Counted from the stretch's first letter, positions 23,775 to 37,094 are shown. The stretch is 64,000 bases of DNA from Mytilus edulis (GCF_963676685.1 NC_092346.1:28582001-28646000), one strand, 5' to 3'. Numbers and translations are program-made. Notes: generated by a model from the sequence alone, not told the origin.

Positions 23775-24727
23775 GTTCTGGTTCTGTTCTCCTATGTCCT
23801 GGTTCTGTTCTCCTATGTCCTGGTTCTGTTCTCCTATGTTCTGGTTCTGTTCTTCTATGTCCTGGTTCTGTTCTCCTATGTCCTGGCTCTGTTCTCCTAT
23901 GTTCTGGTTCTGTTCTCCTATGTTCTGGTTCTGTTATCCTATGTCCTGGTTCTGTTCTCCTATGTTCTGGTTCTGTTCTCCTATGTTCTGGTTCTGTTCT
24001 TCTATGTCCTGGTTCTGTTCTCCTATAACCTGGCTCTGTTCTATGTTCTGGTTCTGTTCTCCTATGTTCTGGTTCTGTTATCCTATGTCCTGGTTCTGTT
24101 CTCCTATGTTCTGGTTCTGTTCTCCTATGTTCTGGTTCTGTTCTCCTATGTCCTGGTTCTGTTCTCCTATGTCCTCCTATGTCCTGGTTCTGTTCTCCTA
24201 TGTTCTGGTTCTGTTCTCCTATGTCCTGGTTCTGTTCTCCTATGTTCTGGTTCTGTTCTCCTATGTCCTGGTTCTGTTCTTCTATGTTCTGGTTCTGTTC
24301 TATGTCCTGGTTCTGTTCTCCTATGTCCTGGTTCTGTTCTCCTATGTTCTGGTTCTGTTCTCCTATGTTCTGGTTCTGTTCTCCTATGTCCTGGTTCTTT
24401 TATGTCCTGGTTCTGTTCTCCTATGTCCTGGTTCTGTTCTCCTATGTCCTGGTTCTGTTCTCCTATGTTCTGGTTCTGTTCTCCTATGTCCTGGATCTGT
24501 TCTCCTATGTTCTGGTTCTGTTCTCCTATGTCCTGATTCTGTTCTCCTATGTTCTGGTTCTGTTCTCCTATGTCCTGGTTCTGTTCTCCTATGTTCTGGT
24601 TCTGTTCTCCTATGTTCTGGTTCTGTTCTCATATGTCCTGGTTCTGTTATCCTATGTTCTGGTTCTGTTATCCTATGTCCTGGTTCTGTTCTCCTATGTT
24701 CTGGTTCTGTTCTCCTATGTCCTGGTT
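23775..24727. repeat. 21-bp minisatellite, ~45 units, specific to unit 1
   Basis: (GTYCTGGTTCTGTTCTCCTAT)n. Only ~1.5 units at the equivalent sites 37557-37587 and ~48654-48686. Confidence 0.97.
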
Positions 24728-25646
24728 CAAAATCATTGATGCCCTACTGTTAATGACTAGAAAGCTATTATCTGTTTTCTTTAAATCGACATTGTTGTTA
24801 ACGCTGTTATCGGTTATCAATATTTTAAATTGACTGTAATCCTATTTGCTGACCTGTAAATAGAACTCCTACTGTCCCATTTTAAGATATATGAAAATAT
24901 GTTTACTGTGACGATTTTCGGGATAAAGACCCTTTTGCATGATCACCAAAATATAGTGTAAAATATTCAATACCTGTATAAAAAAGATGATGTGGTATGT
25001 TTGTCAATAGACACATTTCCAATAAGAAACCAAGGAAGTATGTGTAAACAACCATAATCTTGTACGACCTTCTATCATGACCCAAAAATCAAAATGTAAA
25101 ATGTTTTGCATAAAAATGGAAGTATAAATATAGAACAAAGGATTTTCCCGAATAAAATTGAGAATGGAAACGGGGATGTGTAAAAGACAACAACATGACC
25201 ATAGAGCTAGACAAAAGTAGAAGGCCACCAATGGGTTTTAAACAGAGCGAAAAAATACCGCATCCAGAGGTAAACTGGTCCGTCGTTCTATCTATAGCTT
25301 CGCATCGCAGTGTAGCGACAAGTGAACACAACAGGGGTCCAGTTTAATCCAGAGGCGGGCTTCAGACGGCCCTTACACAAAATGTAATCTAGTTCATTAA
25401 AAATGGATGTCACATTCAACTTCATTACCGTGATATAAATCAACTAAAATTTAACAAAGGCAAGAGGCTTCTGACTTTTGCCAGGCGCTAAGATGAGTCG
25501 GGATTAAACATGTTCTGTAAAAATCAGGCACAAATAAAGTTGATCAACGCAAACAATTAATCAGATGAGCCTGAACACTTTTTAGATGAGTTTAGATAAT
25601 AATTTCAGTGTTACCTAAGCATTCTGAATATTGTTTCTCTGACAAA

Positions 25647-26140
25647 GGAGTAGGTTCACTATTAAAGACCCCTTTTTTGCCCCAAAATATAGCAGTTTTA
25701 CAAAATTGTTAAAATGTAAACTTTTAGTCATTTATTGGATAGTAGAATGCTTCTGCTACATAAAAATGGGCGGTTTTTGACTATACAATGCACATATAGC
25801 ACCATTAAGTCATGCTAACTACTGAAATTTTCACAATTCTGGCAATTTAGTTAAATTTTAGACGGTTTCCATGTAAAACGAAAGTGGCCGCAACCGGATG
25901 CGACCACTTTCATTTTTGACAAAAACCATCTGAAAAGTGACAATTTTGGGCCTATTTGGTAGATTTATCATATATGAGCTTGAATCGGATCGCTTTTAAT
26001 GACTAAATTAGTTAAAATCTTTTACATAAATTAATTGAATCAAATGAAATAGACACTTATGTGTTTAAAAAGTGGTCAAAATCTTTCGTCAGATGACCCT
26101 GAAATTCGAGGCCAAAATCGGTCCTTACCGGACGTACTCC
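25647..26140. mobile_element. Spy-type non-autonomous DNA transposon
   Basis: GACAAA|GGAGTAGG...CGTACTCC|TTTGTACG; the empty site in unit 3 is GACAAATTTGTACG (49621). Insertion between AAA and TTT with no TSD is the Spy signature. Confidence 0.8.
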
Positions 26141-26803
26141 TTTGTACGAAACTGTAAATACTTTTCTTTTTATTCAACCAAATGAAACTCGGCCTTGTTT
26201 CTGTGCGTAAGAATTATGTGTCTTCATCAGATTACTTTGTGAACAATTTAGTGCTGACTAAAAGGATGACAATAGTAAATTGGGGTGGGGTGGAGGGGGA
26301 TAAGTAATAGGAAGGTCAAAGTGAAAGTTTTAAGCTTGGAATAGTTTTGAAATTCTAAAATTGATGGTAAAAAATTATTAGATGTAGATGTTCAAGAACG
26401 ATTTTATTACAAAATTTTACAATAAAAACATTTTCCAAGAGTGGAAGGGAATTTCCCGTAAGATTAAAAAGTTAAGAAAATTTAAAGCGTCTAGTCACTT
26501 GCTGTATCTTTACGATTATTTTCAACATAAAATTTTTGTCTGAACAGTTGTCATTTTTTTTTAAAGTTCGTAAGAACACTCAATACATATTTCACTATTT
26601 TATGGAAGGACAGAGAATGGAGACGAGATAACCTAGATAACACTGACAGAAATAAAAAAAATAACTTTTGCATTTTATAATTTCAAAATAAAGTGAGTTG
26701 TCAAGGATTTTTTTTTATAAAGAATTAAGAGGGAGGGGTTAAATGATGTTCCTACTTGTCTATATTTGTATATATTTCATGAATAAATATAAAATATGCC
26801 TTT

Positions 26804-29101
26804 AGAGCAATTTGGACTTGCCGTGTTGTCATGTGACAAATTTACCACTGACGAAATTCATCAGAGCAATTTAGACTTTCCGTGTTGTCATATGACATAA
26901 GCACTGACGGGATTCATCAGAGCAATTTAGACTTTCCGTGTTGTCATGTGACATATTTACCACTGACGAGATTCATCAGAACAACTTAGACTTGCCGTGT
27001 TGTCTTGTGACATATTTACCACTGACGAGATTCATTAGAACAACTTAAGACTTCCCGTGTTGTCATGTGACATATTTACCACTGACGAGATTCATTAGAG
27101 CAACTCAGACTTTCCGTGTTGTCTTGTGACATATTAACCACTGACGTGATTCATTAGAACAACTTAGACTTCCCCTGTTGTCATGTGACATATTTACCAC
27201 TGACGAGATTCATCAGAACAACTTAGACTTGCCGTGTTGTCATGTGACATATTTACCACTGACGAGATTCATTAGAACAACTTAGACTGGCCATGTTGTC
27301 ATGTGACATATTCACCACTGACGAGATTCATCAGAGCAACTTAGACTTTCCATGTTGTCATGTGACATATTTACCACTGACGAGATTCATAAGAGCAACT
27401 TAGACTTTCCATGTTGTCATGTGACATATTTACCACTGACGAGATTCATTAGAACAACTTAGACTTCCCGTGTTGTCATATGACATATTTACCACTGACG
27501 AGATTCATCAGAGCAACTTAGACTTTCCATGTTGTCATATGACATATTTACCACTGACGAGATTCATTAGAGCAACTTAGACTTTCCATGTTGTCATGTG
27601 ACATATTTACCACTGACGAGATTCATTAGAACAACTTAGACTTCCCGTGTTGTCATGTGACATATTTACCACTGACGAGATTCATTAGAACAACTTAGAC
27701 TTCCCGTGTTGTCATGTGACATATTTACCACTGACGAGATTCATTAGAACAACTTAGATTTTCAGTGTTGTCATGTGACATATTTACCACTGACGAGATT
27801 CATTAGAGCAACTTAGACTTCCCGTGTTGTCATGTAACATATTAACCACTGACAAGATTCATCAGAGCAACTTAGACTTGCCGTGTTGTAATGTGACGTA
27901 TTAACCACTGACGAGATTTATCAGAGCAACTTAGACTTCCCGTGTTGTCATGTGACATATTTACCACTGACGAGATTCATCAGAGCAACTTAGACTTCTC
28001 GTGTTGTCATGTGACATATTTACCACTGACGAGATTTATCAGAGCAACTTAGACTTCCCGTGTTGTCATGTAACATATTAACCACTGACAAGATTCATCA
28101 GAGCAACTTAGACTTGCCGTGTTGTAATGTGACGTATTAACCACTGACGAGATTCATCAGAGCAACTTAGACTTCCCGTGTTGTCATGTGACATATTTAC
28201 CACTGACGAGATTCATCAGAGCAACTTAGACTTCCCGTGTTGTCATGTGACATATTTACCACTGACGAGATTTATCAGAGCAACTTAGACTTTCCGTGTT
28301 GTCATGTGACATATTTACCACTGACGAGATTCATCAGAGCAACTTAGACTTTCCGTGTTGTCTAGTGACATATTAACCACTGACGAGATTTATTAGTGCA
28401 ATTTAGACTTTCCGTGTTGTCATGTGACATATTAACCACTGACGAGATTCATCAGAGCAACTTAGACTTTCCGTGTTGTCATGTGACATATTTACCACTG
28501 ACGAGATTTATCAGAGCAACTTAGACTTCCCGTGTTGTCATGTGACGTATTAACCACTGACGAGATTCATTAGAACAACTTAGACTTCCCGTGTTGTCAT
28601 GTGACATATTTACCACTGACGAGATTCATCAGAGCAATTTAGACTTCCCGTGTTGTCATGTGACATATTTACCACTGACGAGATTCATAAGAGCAACTTA
28701 GACTTCCCGTTTTGTTATGTGACATATTTACCACTGACGAGATTCATTAGAGCAACTTAGACTTGCCGTGTTGTCATGTGACATATTAACCACTGACGAG
28801 ATTCATCAGAGCAACTTAGACTTGCCGTGTTGTCATGTGACATATTTACCACTGACGAGATTCATTAGAGCAACTTAGACTTGCCGTGTTGTCATGTGAC
28901 ATATTAACCACTGACGAGATTCAACAGAGCAACTTAGACTTCCCGTGTTGTCATATGACATATTAACCACTGACGAGATTCATTAGAGCAACTTAGACTT
29001 GCCGTGTTGTCATGTGACGTATTTACCACTGACGAGATTCATCAGAGCAATTTAGACTTTCCGTGTTGTCTTGTGACATATAAACCACTGACGAGATTCA
29101 T
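26804..29101. repeat. 59-bp tandem array, ~39 units (unit 1)
   Basis: AGAGCAACTTAGACTTCCCGTGTTGTCATGTGACATATTTACCACTGACGAGATTCATC head-to-tail with no spacers. Confidence 0.97.
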
Positions 29102-29605
29102 ATTACTAATAAAACATAGTAGGTGCTGCCAGCTTACATTTGGTTTTTGAAATCTCAACCATCGACCTTTTAAATAAAAAAAGAACTAGAAAGTCCAGCC
29201 AAGGACGTTTTGCCAAGGACGTCATTGGTCCAGTTCAGAAAATCAGTATAGAAAAGGCCATGACTCTTTAAAATCAGTATCATAGATAAAACTAACAACA
29301 AAAAACAACAATACAATCACGTAAAATAAACAAAAGGTTGACCAGTCTTTAATTGGCCGATGTGATGATACCGATTTTTAATATAGGCCGGAAGCTCTGG
29401 TTTCGTTTAGGGTTGGCTTCGTTTCTGTAATCCTCAATTGCATTTTCTCTATATTTTATCACATCATTTAGTTAAATTTTTCTATTATTTGTTTTTTTAG
29501 CCATCTCATGATTTTGTATTTTTGGTCCATTAGTATCTATTCCTTATATTTTCAATTTTAAATGCAGACCGAAAAAACAATTTAAGTCCGTTTCAATATG
29601 TATTT

Positions 29606-30258
29606 AAAAATGAAGATGTTGTACGATTGCCAACGAGACAACTAGATTCATAAGAGACCAAATGACATAGAAATCATAATTAACAACTATAGGTCATCGT
29701 ATGGCTTTCAAGAATGAGCTAAGCCTATTCCGCATATATGCAGATTTAAAAGGCCCCGAAATGACGAATGTAAAACAATTCGAACGAGAAAAATAACGAA
29801 CTAATTGAATTAAAATAATAAACGAAAATCGAATAAACAACACACCAAGAAACGACAAGCACTGAATTACAGGCTCCTGACTTAGGACATGTAACGAACA
29901 TACAAACGTGACAGTGCTAAACATGAATGTGCATGGGAGCCAAACCCTCCCCTTAACCGGGGACAGTTGTTTACCAGTACAACTTAAGAACAAAAGAAAA
30001 ATCAGTTGAAAAGGCTAACTCATCAGATGGATACAAATACTACAAATATCTATAAAAAAAATACAAAGTTGACGTGGCCGCATATTTGAATCTCCCAACA
30101 ACAAAAAGACACAAGTACAGAGCTGAGAATACCCGCAGTTACTGAAAGCTAGCTCAAAGCCAGGCCCACTAACAATAAATGAAAAAAAATCATGCATTCA
30201 AGACTAAATTATCAATCAGTACAGTGACATTTAACATCCAATGGATTTAGTGTAAAAA
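29606..30258 (-). mobile_element. Old non-coding 3' portion of the Penelope-like element family (also ~41830-42480, and split around 55200-57210)
   Basis: Diverged match to the 3' UTR at 55320-55920 (TGAATTACAGGCTCCTGACTT, AACTCATCAGA, AACATCCAATGGATTTAGTGT). Confidence 0.7.
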
Positions 30259-32070
30259 ATATTATTTTAAAAAGCCTGAAAAATATGTTTATGAAAAAAT
30301 ACCTGAGAGTGGTGCTAAAGGACACATACAGTTGTAATACCTGTTGTAGTATGCATATTGTGCAAAAATCAGCAACTTTCTAAAGTCTACTAAATTACAA
30401 GAACGGTAAACCAAAACTAGTATAACCGCATTGATCTGTGTCCACACTTGTTATGAAATAAAATTTATTTTGCGGCGTCGATACCGTCATAACTCTATAT
30501 GATGTAAAGAAGATGTGAAGAAACTTTGGACCATAGTATGGTGGCAATATGCGATCATTTCGCCTTTTCGTGTTTGCTCCTTTCACTTTGCAAACGCAAA
30601 ATCGGGAAATCGAGAAATCGAGAAACCGAAATCGTGAAATAGAGAAATCGGGAAATCGGGAAATCGAGAAATCGGAAAATCGAGAAATCGAGAAATCGAG
30701 AAAGCAAGAAAATTCACAAAAGATGTTAGAAAGGCTATTTATTTAATGGACATTTCAGTTTTAAGAATAGTCTTCTTTTTTTACTTCAACACGTGTCAAT
30801 GAAGGAAAAACACAATGAAATAAATGTATCAATTTTGAATTCTATCATCATATTTCACATTTTTAAAATGTAATCATGCATATGAAAACAAAATTTCCTA
30901 TTTGTAGAGCGTTGATAGAATTAAAAACTACATCTAGTATGAAGCTCTAAAAAATGTACACACTGAGATGTTATAAAGTCAACAATATGCATAAATGAGC
31001 AACACGACGGGTGCCACATGTGGAGCAGGATCAGTTTTCTGACAAACACACTTGAACAACTAATTGACAAACACTTGAAACACTTTATTAACTACTTTTT
31101 GGTCAGTTGTTGTCTTTTGACACATTCCATTCCAATTTATTTCCAATGAATACAACCAACGGCACAAGTTAGACAAACACTTAAACACTTTACAATTATT
31201 GGGCTTTATCACGCGAAAAAGGTAGAAGCATGTAGCAATGAGTCCAAGAAAATTATGCGGCTACGCTAGCTGTTACCATACTTAGACGTCATAAATATCC
31301 CCAATGCCAACGTTATTGTCGAAGTATCGGCAATACACTGCAGCAAGGAAGTTTTTAAAGTAAAAAGAATCATTCTATTCAGCTTTTTGAAGATAAGAAA
31401 ATCGAAAGACAATTCTGGTGAGTAATGTTATTTCACTTTTTTCAAGGAATGTACTTTATTTATTTAGAAAAAACAAGCATAAAACAAAAAACCCGCATTT
31501 AAGAAATCGTGGTATGAGCTCCTATCAAGTCACGACAATTTATTGTATCGCTAATACTTATCTAACATATTAAAACATCTAAGGTTTAAATAAATGAAGA
31601 ATTAGTGTTTCCTCAACAAAACCTATGTATAATTTTGTTACTGTTGGTCATTTTTCGCAGGTCATATGCAATCTACTTATGGTCAGACTTCTTGAAAATG
31701 CTTATTTAGCCAAATGTATTTAAAACTATAGCCTAACTACAGGAAAAAAGTTGGAAATACAAAGTGACTTGAAAACAAACACTGAACAGAAAACAAATGA
31801 CCAACAGAAGCGACCACTGTGGTGAATGCAATTTAATTTCTATAATGATTGAATGAGCGATGATTGTAACATACCTAGAAAAAAATCCTCTTCAATGTAT
31901 ATAAATATAGAAACAACTAAAAATATATTCAGTGAAACCATATTTGATTGCATTATTCAGCAGATTTCGAAATTTAAAAAAATGAAGGGGTAGGGAAAGG
32001 GGGTTATGATACAAAAGATTTCACGATACGTTTTTAACTAATACTTGGTTCAACAATTAATAGGTTGACA

Positions 32071-35000
32071 ATGGCAATGTCCACCCAACAAGAGGAGAGG
32101 GATCATTTTACCGTGTCCGGATTTTGTGAGGCCATTCTAAGTACAGCAGAATTCGAGTGTTCGCTTGAGGACATACTACACAAAAAGGCGTCTGAGGCAA
32201 AGAGGCTTATTTGGAAAATGGAATTAAGTATGTATTACCAATATCATATTCAAATCTTATTTAGATAAACAGGTCAATTATTCAATAAATATAGTCCGTT
32301 TTATTCTGTCACTGTATTTCGCTCTACACTCTGTTCTCAGTTTTGCTTCCTGTAATAATTCATTTGATAGTTTTCTCTTTAAATTCAAATTCTAGTTGTG
32401 TGAGGCACAACCCAAATGGGACAATTGCACAATACCAAAATAATAACCTTCAGACATCTAAGGGTCAACATATGGCCTCCAATGAAAAACAAGAATATGT
32501 CAATAAGACAAAATTTGCGAATTTCTATTCGGTTATCCAACAAGAGCGTAAAATTTGAACGGTTAACTGATTCTATTGTAACAAGTTCAATATATTGAGA
32601 ATAATTTCATGCAACATCTTCCTTAAAATTTGAGCAGACCTTCCTTATTTTAAAATCTAATTGATTTATTTCAACAGAGAGAGAAAATAAGGAAGAGCAG
32701 AAATCAGAAACAGACGAGGATCAAACAGAAATTATGAATGAGGAAGAAAAGAAACCAGAAATGGATGTTGATATATCAACAGAGCAGAGAAGAGGTAATT
32801 TTCTTTCATATTTTTACGCAATTCAATTGTCACCACATTTGCTTGTTGTGTACAAAATAAGAAGATGTGGTATGATTACAAATGTGACAACTCCCCACTC
32901 GAGACCAACTATATATGTTACCATGTGGCCTTTAATAATGAGTGTCACCCATACCGCTTATTCAGTGTATCTTTAATGAAAGTTTTAAAAAATTTCTTCA
33001 CTGAGTATGACAAATCTGAATGAAAATAAGGACACCTACAGGTGCGGGAGTTTCTCGCTACATTGAAGACCCATTTGTGACCTTCGGCTGTTGTCTGCTC
33101 TATGGTCGGGTTGTTGTCGCTTTGACACATTCCCCATTTCCTTTCTCAATTTTAGGTAAGCTATCATATCATCTCAGATGAAATTTTGTATTTTTAATTC
33201 TTAAGTTAGTTTGTGGCAATGATGGGACTTATAAATATAAAGGCCGGAGGAAAAGCAAGTAAAAGCTTTGTCTTTTTTCTTTCTTTCTAGGAATTATAAT
33301 TACAAAGCCGATCCACGTGCAGAGAATTGGAGAGAACCCATTGAAGAATGCCGTCGGACATATAAATAAGGTACAATAAAGAATTAAAGGGACATTATAA
33401 TGGGGTAGATGTTAATGGTAATAAGAATCCAATTTCTAAGTAGAACAGTGATTTCATTGCTGTTCTTCATATTCACGATGAAATCTGTTCTCATTTTAAA
33501 AATTCCTTTAATGTAACGTTGCAACACATTTTCTAAACGGTAAAAGCTAAAGTTGTTCCATTTTATTTTAGCCGAAGGATGTGCTTTCTTCGTGCTCATG
33601 TGCCTGATAGTCAGTTGGGTTTTGGGTGGTTGTAATGAAAATCAAGAGATTTTCAATGGTACATTTGAGCTTTATGTATGCCGTAAATCTTATTTGTTTC
33701 AAATTTATACAACTTTTTGACATTTCGATAATAAACTTTTCGTTTTTTAAACGTATCTTGGGCAAAAGTATTCGTCACCTGCATTTTTTTTGCTATTATT
33801 TCATACAAAAACACATATTTTCAAAAAAATATTTTGAGGTCATTTTTGGTTGGACTTTTATCAACAAGGCCTTTAAAGACGTAGAATTGTCTAAAGTTTG
33901 TTTAAGAAATAATTCATGGAAGCCATAGATTTGTTGGAAATTTACACATGGCCTGGGCCGTGATATTCGAATTTTATGCTGAGCGTTAGCGAGGGATAAA
34001 ATTAACGAATATCACGGCCCAGGCCATGTGTAAATTTACAACAAATCTATGGCTTCCATGAATTATTTCGATTCTAATAGGACAAATACGATCATTAAAA
34101 AACTGAAGCGATGATGGGTATACCGTGTGTGTGGCTGTTCTATTTTACCCACTGTTCGATAAATGTAAAACAAATCTAATAAACCTGCATGAATGATTTC
34201 TTAACTAACCGCTAGAAAAAAAAATGTGATTACTTTTTTTACTTCTCAGTAAACCCAACATTTGCAATTTTAAATTTACATTTTTTATCGTAAGCTACCG
34301 TTAAATTCACTGTTGACATGTTGTAACCAAGGAGCCGCCATGTTGACTTGTTGAAATTAGTAAATGTGCGAATAATGCAATAGAACAGAAAACAAGCAAC
34401 ACCTACCTCAATACTTTATTTTAATGCAATTGTATCCGAGTTTAGAAGGTATAAACGCAATAGAAAAACCTTCAGCTTTGACGTTTTCATTCGTATGACG
34501 TCATGTTTTGAAATGACGTTAATGCGCCAAAATCATTACTGGAATTTCGCGGAATTTTCATTTTTTTTTTTTTTTTCCATTTTTCCGTTCTCTAATGTGT
34601 AAATTCTTTTTGTTATGCGTCAGAATCAGAATAAATGTTCTGTAGGGTTTTATTCAATTGTAATTGTTGACACAGCGAAATCCACAACCGTTTACACATA
34701 GGTTACGATACATGTGGATTTACGTGGGAGGCATATTTAAACAGCCATTTGTGTACATCTTGGAGTCTGCGCTAAGTATAGATATATCGAGAATTTTATC
34801 ACGGTGTTGTTTACAAAGCGAAAGAAGCACGTCATATTAGAATTGTTTATTTGGTTTAAGTTTTGTCTTCAGGTGTTTTTGTTTTCTCTTGATGTGAACA
34901 CATACAATACATTTTTATAATTTAATTTTGTTGAATACATAGCGAATTTCTGAACTGGAAGGATCAATAAATGACAAAGAAACGAAAAAGGACGAAAGGA

Positions 35001-37094
35001 AAATGAAAAAAGAACTTATGAAAGAGGAAAAAATAAAACAGAAAAAAGCTAAAGAAGAGGAAATGATTGTTAAAACACAGTTCAAAGCAATCGAAAAGAG
35101 TAACCAAAGACACAATAAGGATGTGAAGTCAAAATGGAAGAAGGAACAAAAGAGGAGAAAGCAGATGAAAAAGATGGTTGAAAAAGGAAATAGGAATTTA
35201 GAAAAAGGTATTTATTTCATAAATATGTCTACTTTCTTCAGTCTTCTTCTGCCTTAACGAGTTTTGATGGTTATAGTTGCCGTAGGCGTAAGTCTTTTCT
35301 AACTTCAACCAACCATTGCCAATGATGTATTAAAATCAATGAAAGAAATATACAAATTTCTAATTCAATTATGATCATATTTCACATTTTTATGATATAA
35401 TGTATAAAAATTAATTGTCTAATTCAGAGTTCCATGTACATACACGATTCATGAAAAGTTTGTCTTATAGTTTTTAGTATAACTTAATATTTTAAATTTA
35501 AAGAAAAATACATATATTAAATGCGGGTGATAGGTACATTTAGGATCAACTCTTCAAAAAATAAACCCAGAGTGCACCGGGAGTTTAAAATCTTTTATGA
35601 AAACATTATGAAATTTCTACATCCGTGTTTATCTTTACAGAAATGAAGAAGATCGAGAAACAGAGAGTAAAGGACGAAAAGAGGAAAATATTCCAAGCTA
35701 TTGATGTTGCTCAAGAAAAGCAAAATGATTTAACAACAGTAAGAACAGATGAAGAAACAGAGAAAAATAAAGACGATAAAAATAAAACTATCGATATTGA
35801 TGGGGAACAACAAAATGGTTCCAAAATAGTCAAAGCAAATGAAGAGACAGAGAATGACGAAGACGAGAGGGAGACAACAGATCAAACAATCGATGTTGAG
35901 AAAAACAAAACAGAGAAAGAGACAGAGATAACCGAAGACGAGAGGGAGACAACAGATCAAATAATCGATGTTGAGAAAAACAAAACAGAGAAAGAGACAG
36001 AGATAACCGAAGACGAGAGGGAGACAACAGATCAAACAATCGATGTTGAGAAAAACAAAACAGAGAAAGAGACAGAGATAACCGAAGACGAGAGGGAGAC
36101 AACATATCAAAGAATCGATGTTGAGAAAAACAAAACCAAAACAGAGACAGAGATAACCGAAGACGAGAGGGAGACAACAGATCAAACAATCGATGTTGAG
36201 AAAAACAAAACAAAGACAGAGACAGAGATAACCGAAGACGAGAGGGAGACAACAGATCAAACAATCGATGTTGAGAAAAACAAAACAGAGAAAGAGATAA
36301 CCGAAGACGAGAGGGAGACAACAGATCAAACAATCGATGTTGAGAAAAACAAAACAGAGACAGAGACAGAGATAACCGAAGACGAGAGGGAGACAACAGA
36401 TCAAACAATCGATGTTGAGAAAAACAAAACAGAGAAAGAGACAGAGATAACCGAAGACGAGAGGGAGACAACAGATCAAACAATCGATGTTGAGAAAAAC
36501 AAAACAGAGAAAGAGACAGAGATAACCGAAAACGAGAGGGAGACAACAGATCAAACAATCGATGTTGAGAAAAACAAAACAGAGAAAGAGACAGAGATAA
36601 CCGAAGACGAGAGGGAGACAACAGATCAAACAATCGATGTTGAGAAAAACAAAACAGAGAAAGAGACAGAGATAACCGAAGACGAGAGGGAGACAACAGA
36701 TCAAACAATCGATGTTGAGAAAAACAAAACAGAGAAAAAGACAGAGATAACCAAAGACGAGAGGGAGACAACAGATCAAACAATCGATGTTGAGAAAAAC
36801 AAAACAGAGAAAGAGACAGAGATAACCGAAGACGAGAGGGAGACAACAGATCAAACAATCGATGTTGAGAAAAACAAAACAGAGAAAGAGACAGAGATAA
36901 CCGAAGGACAGACAATCACCTGTGATAGTATTGGAAATAATGAAGTGAAAGAAAATTCCGAAAATGATGCAAAAGACATTAAAATGAGTACCAAAAATGC
37001 CGGAAAGAAAACCACATTTGCTGCCAGAATCAGTGGATTCTTCCGATCCTTATTGTGTATCAAAAGACAAAAGAAAAGCAAAGATGTGTGTTGA
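32071..37094 (+). CDS. Orphan acidic-repeat/coiled-coil protein, copy 2 (~690 aa). Exons 32071-32227, 32678-32794, 33291-33370, 34943-35207, 35641-37094; 14 repeats, one with a 2-aa deletion
   Basis: Same splice phases as copy 1; ORF intact. Confidence 0.8.
33904..34844 (-). mobile_element. TSD-less non-autonomous element with a long terminal hairpin and asymmetric inverted repeats (Crypton-like or Helitron2-like)
   Basis: Absent from unit 3 (empty site GTCTAAAGTTTGTTTGTTTATTTGG, ~46013-46038). Palindrome at 33906-34069; ATTCTAATAGGAC / GTCATATTAGAAT inverted pair; inserted in a TT context without duplication. Confidence 0.75.

Larger units (their letters stand above)
18220..31035 (+). repeat. 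Tandem segmental duplication, unit 1 (~12.8 kb)
   Basis: Collinear, near-identical to 31036-43241 and 43242-58048; the ORF track repeats three times. Confidence 0.95.

Noticed and set aside
23682-24833. ORFs of 186-347 aa (VLFSYVL / WFCSPMS repeats)
   Set aside because: Translations of the 21-bp minisatellite, open in all frames and absent in the paralogous units.
26804-29101. CRISPR array
   Set aside because: Monomers are contiguous with no unique spacers, there are no cas genes, and the context is eukaryotic.
26804-29101. Tandem hammerhead ribozymes (CTGACGA on +; CTGATGA...GGAAAGTC on -)
   Set aside because: The core-like words come from a small dyad. Stems I and III cannot be paired and GAAA is present in only some variants.
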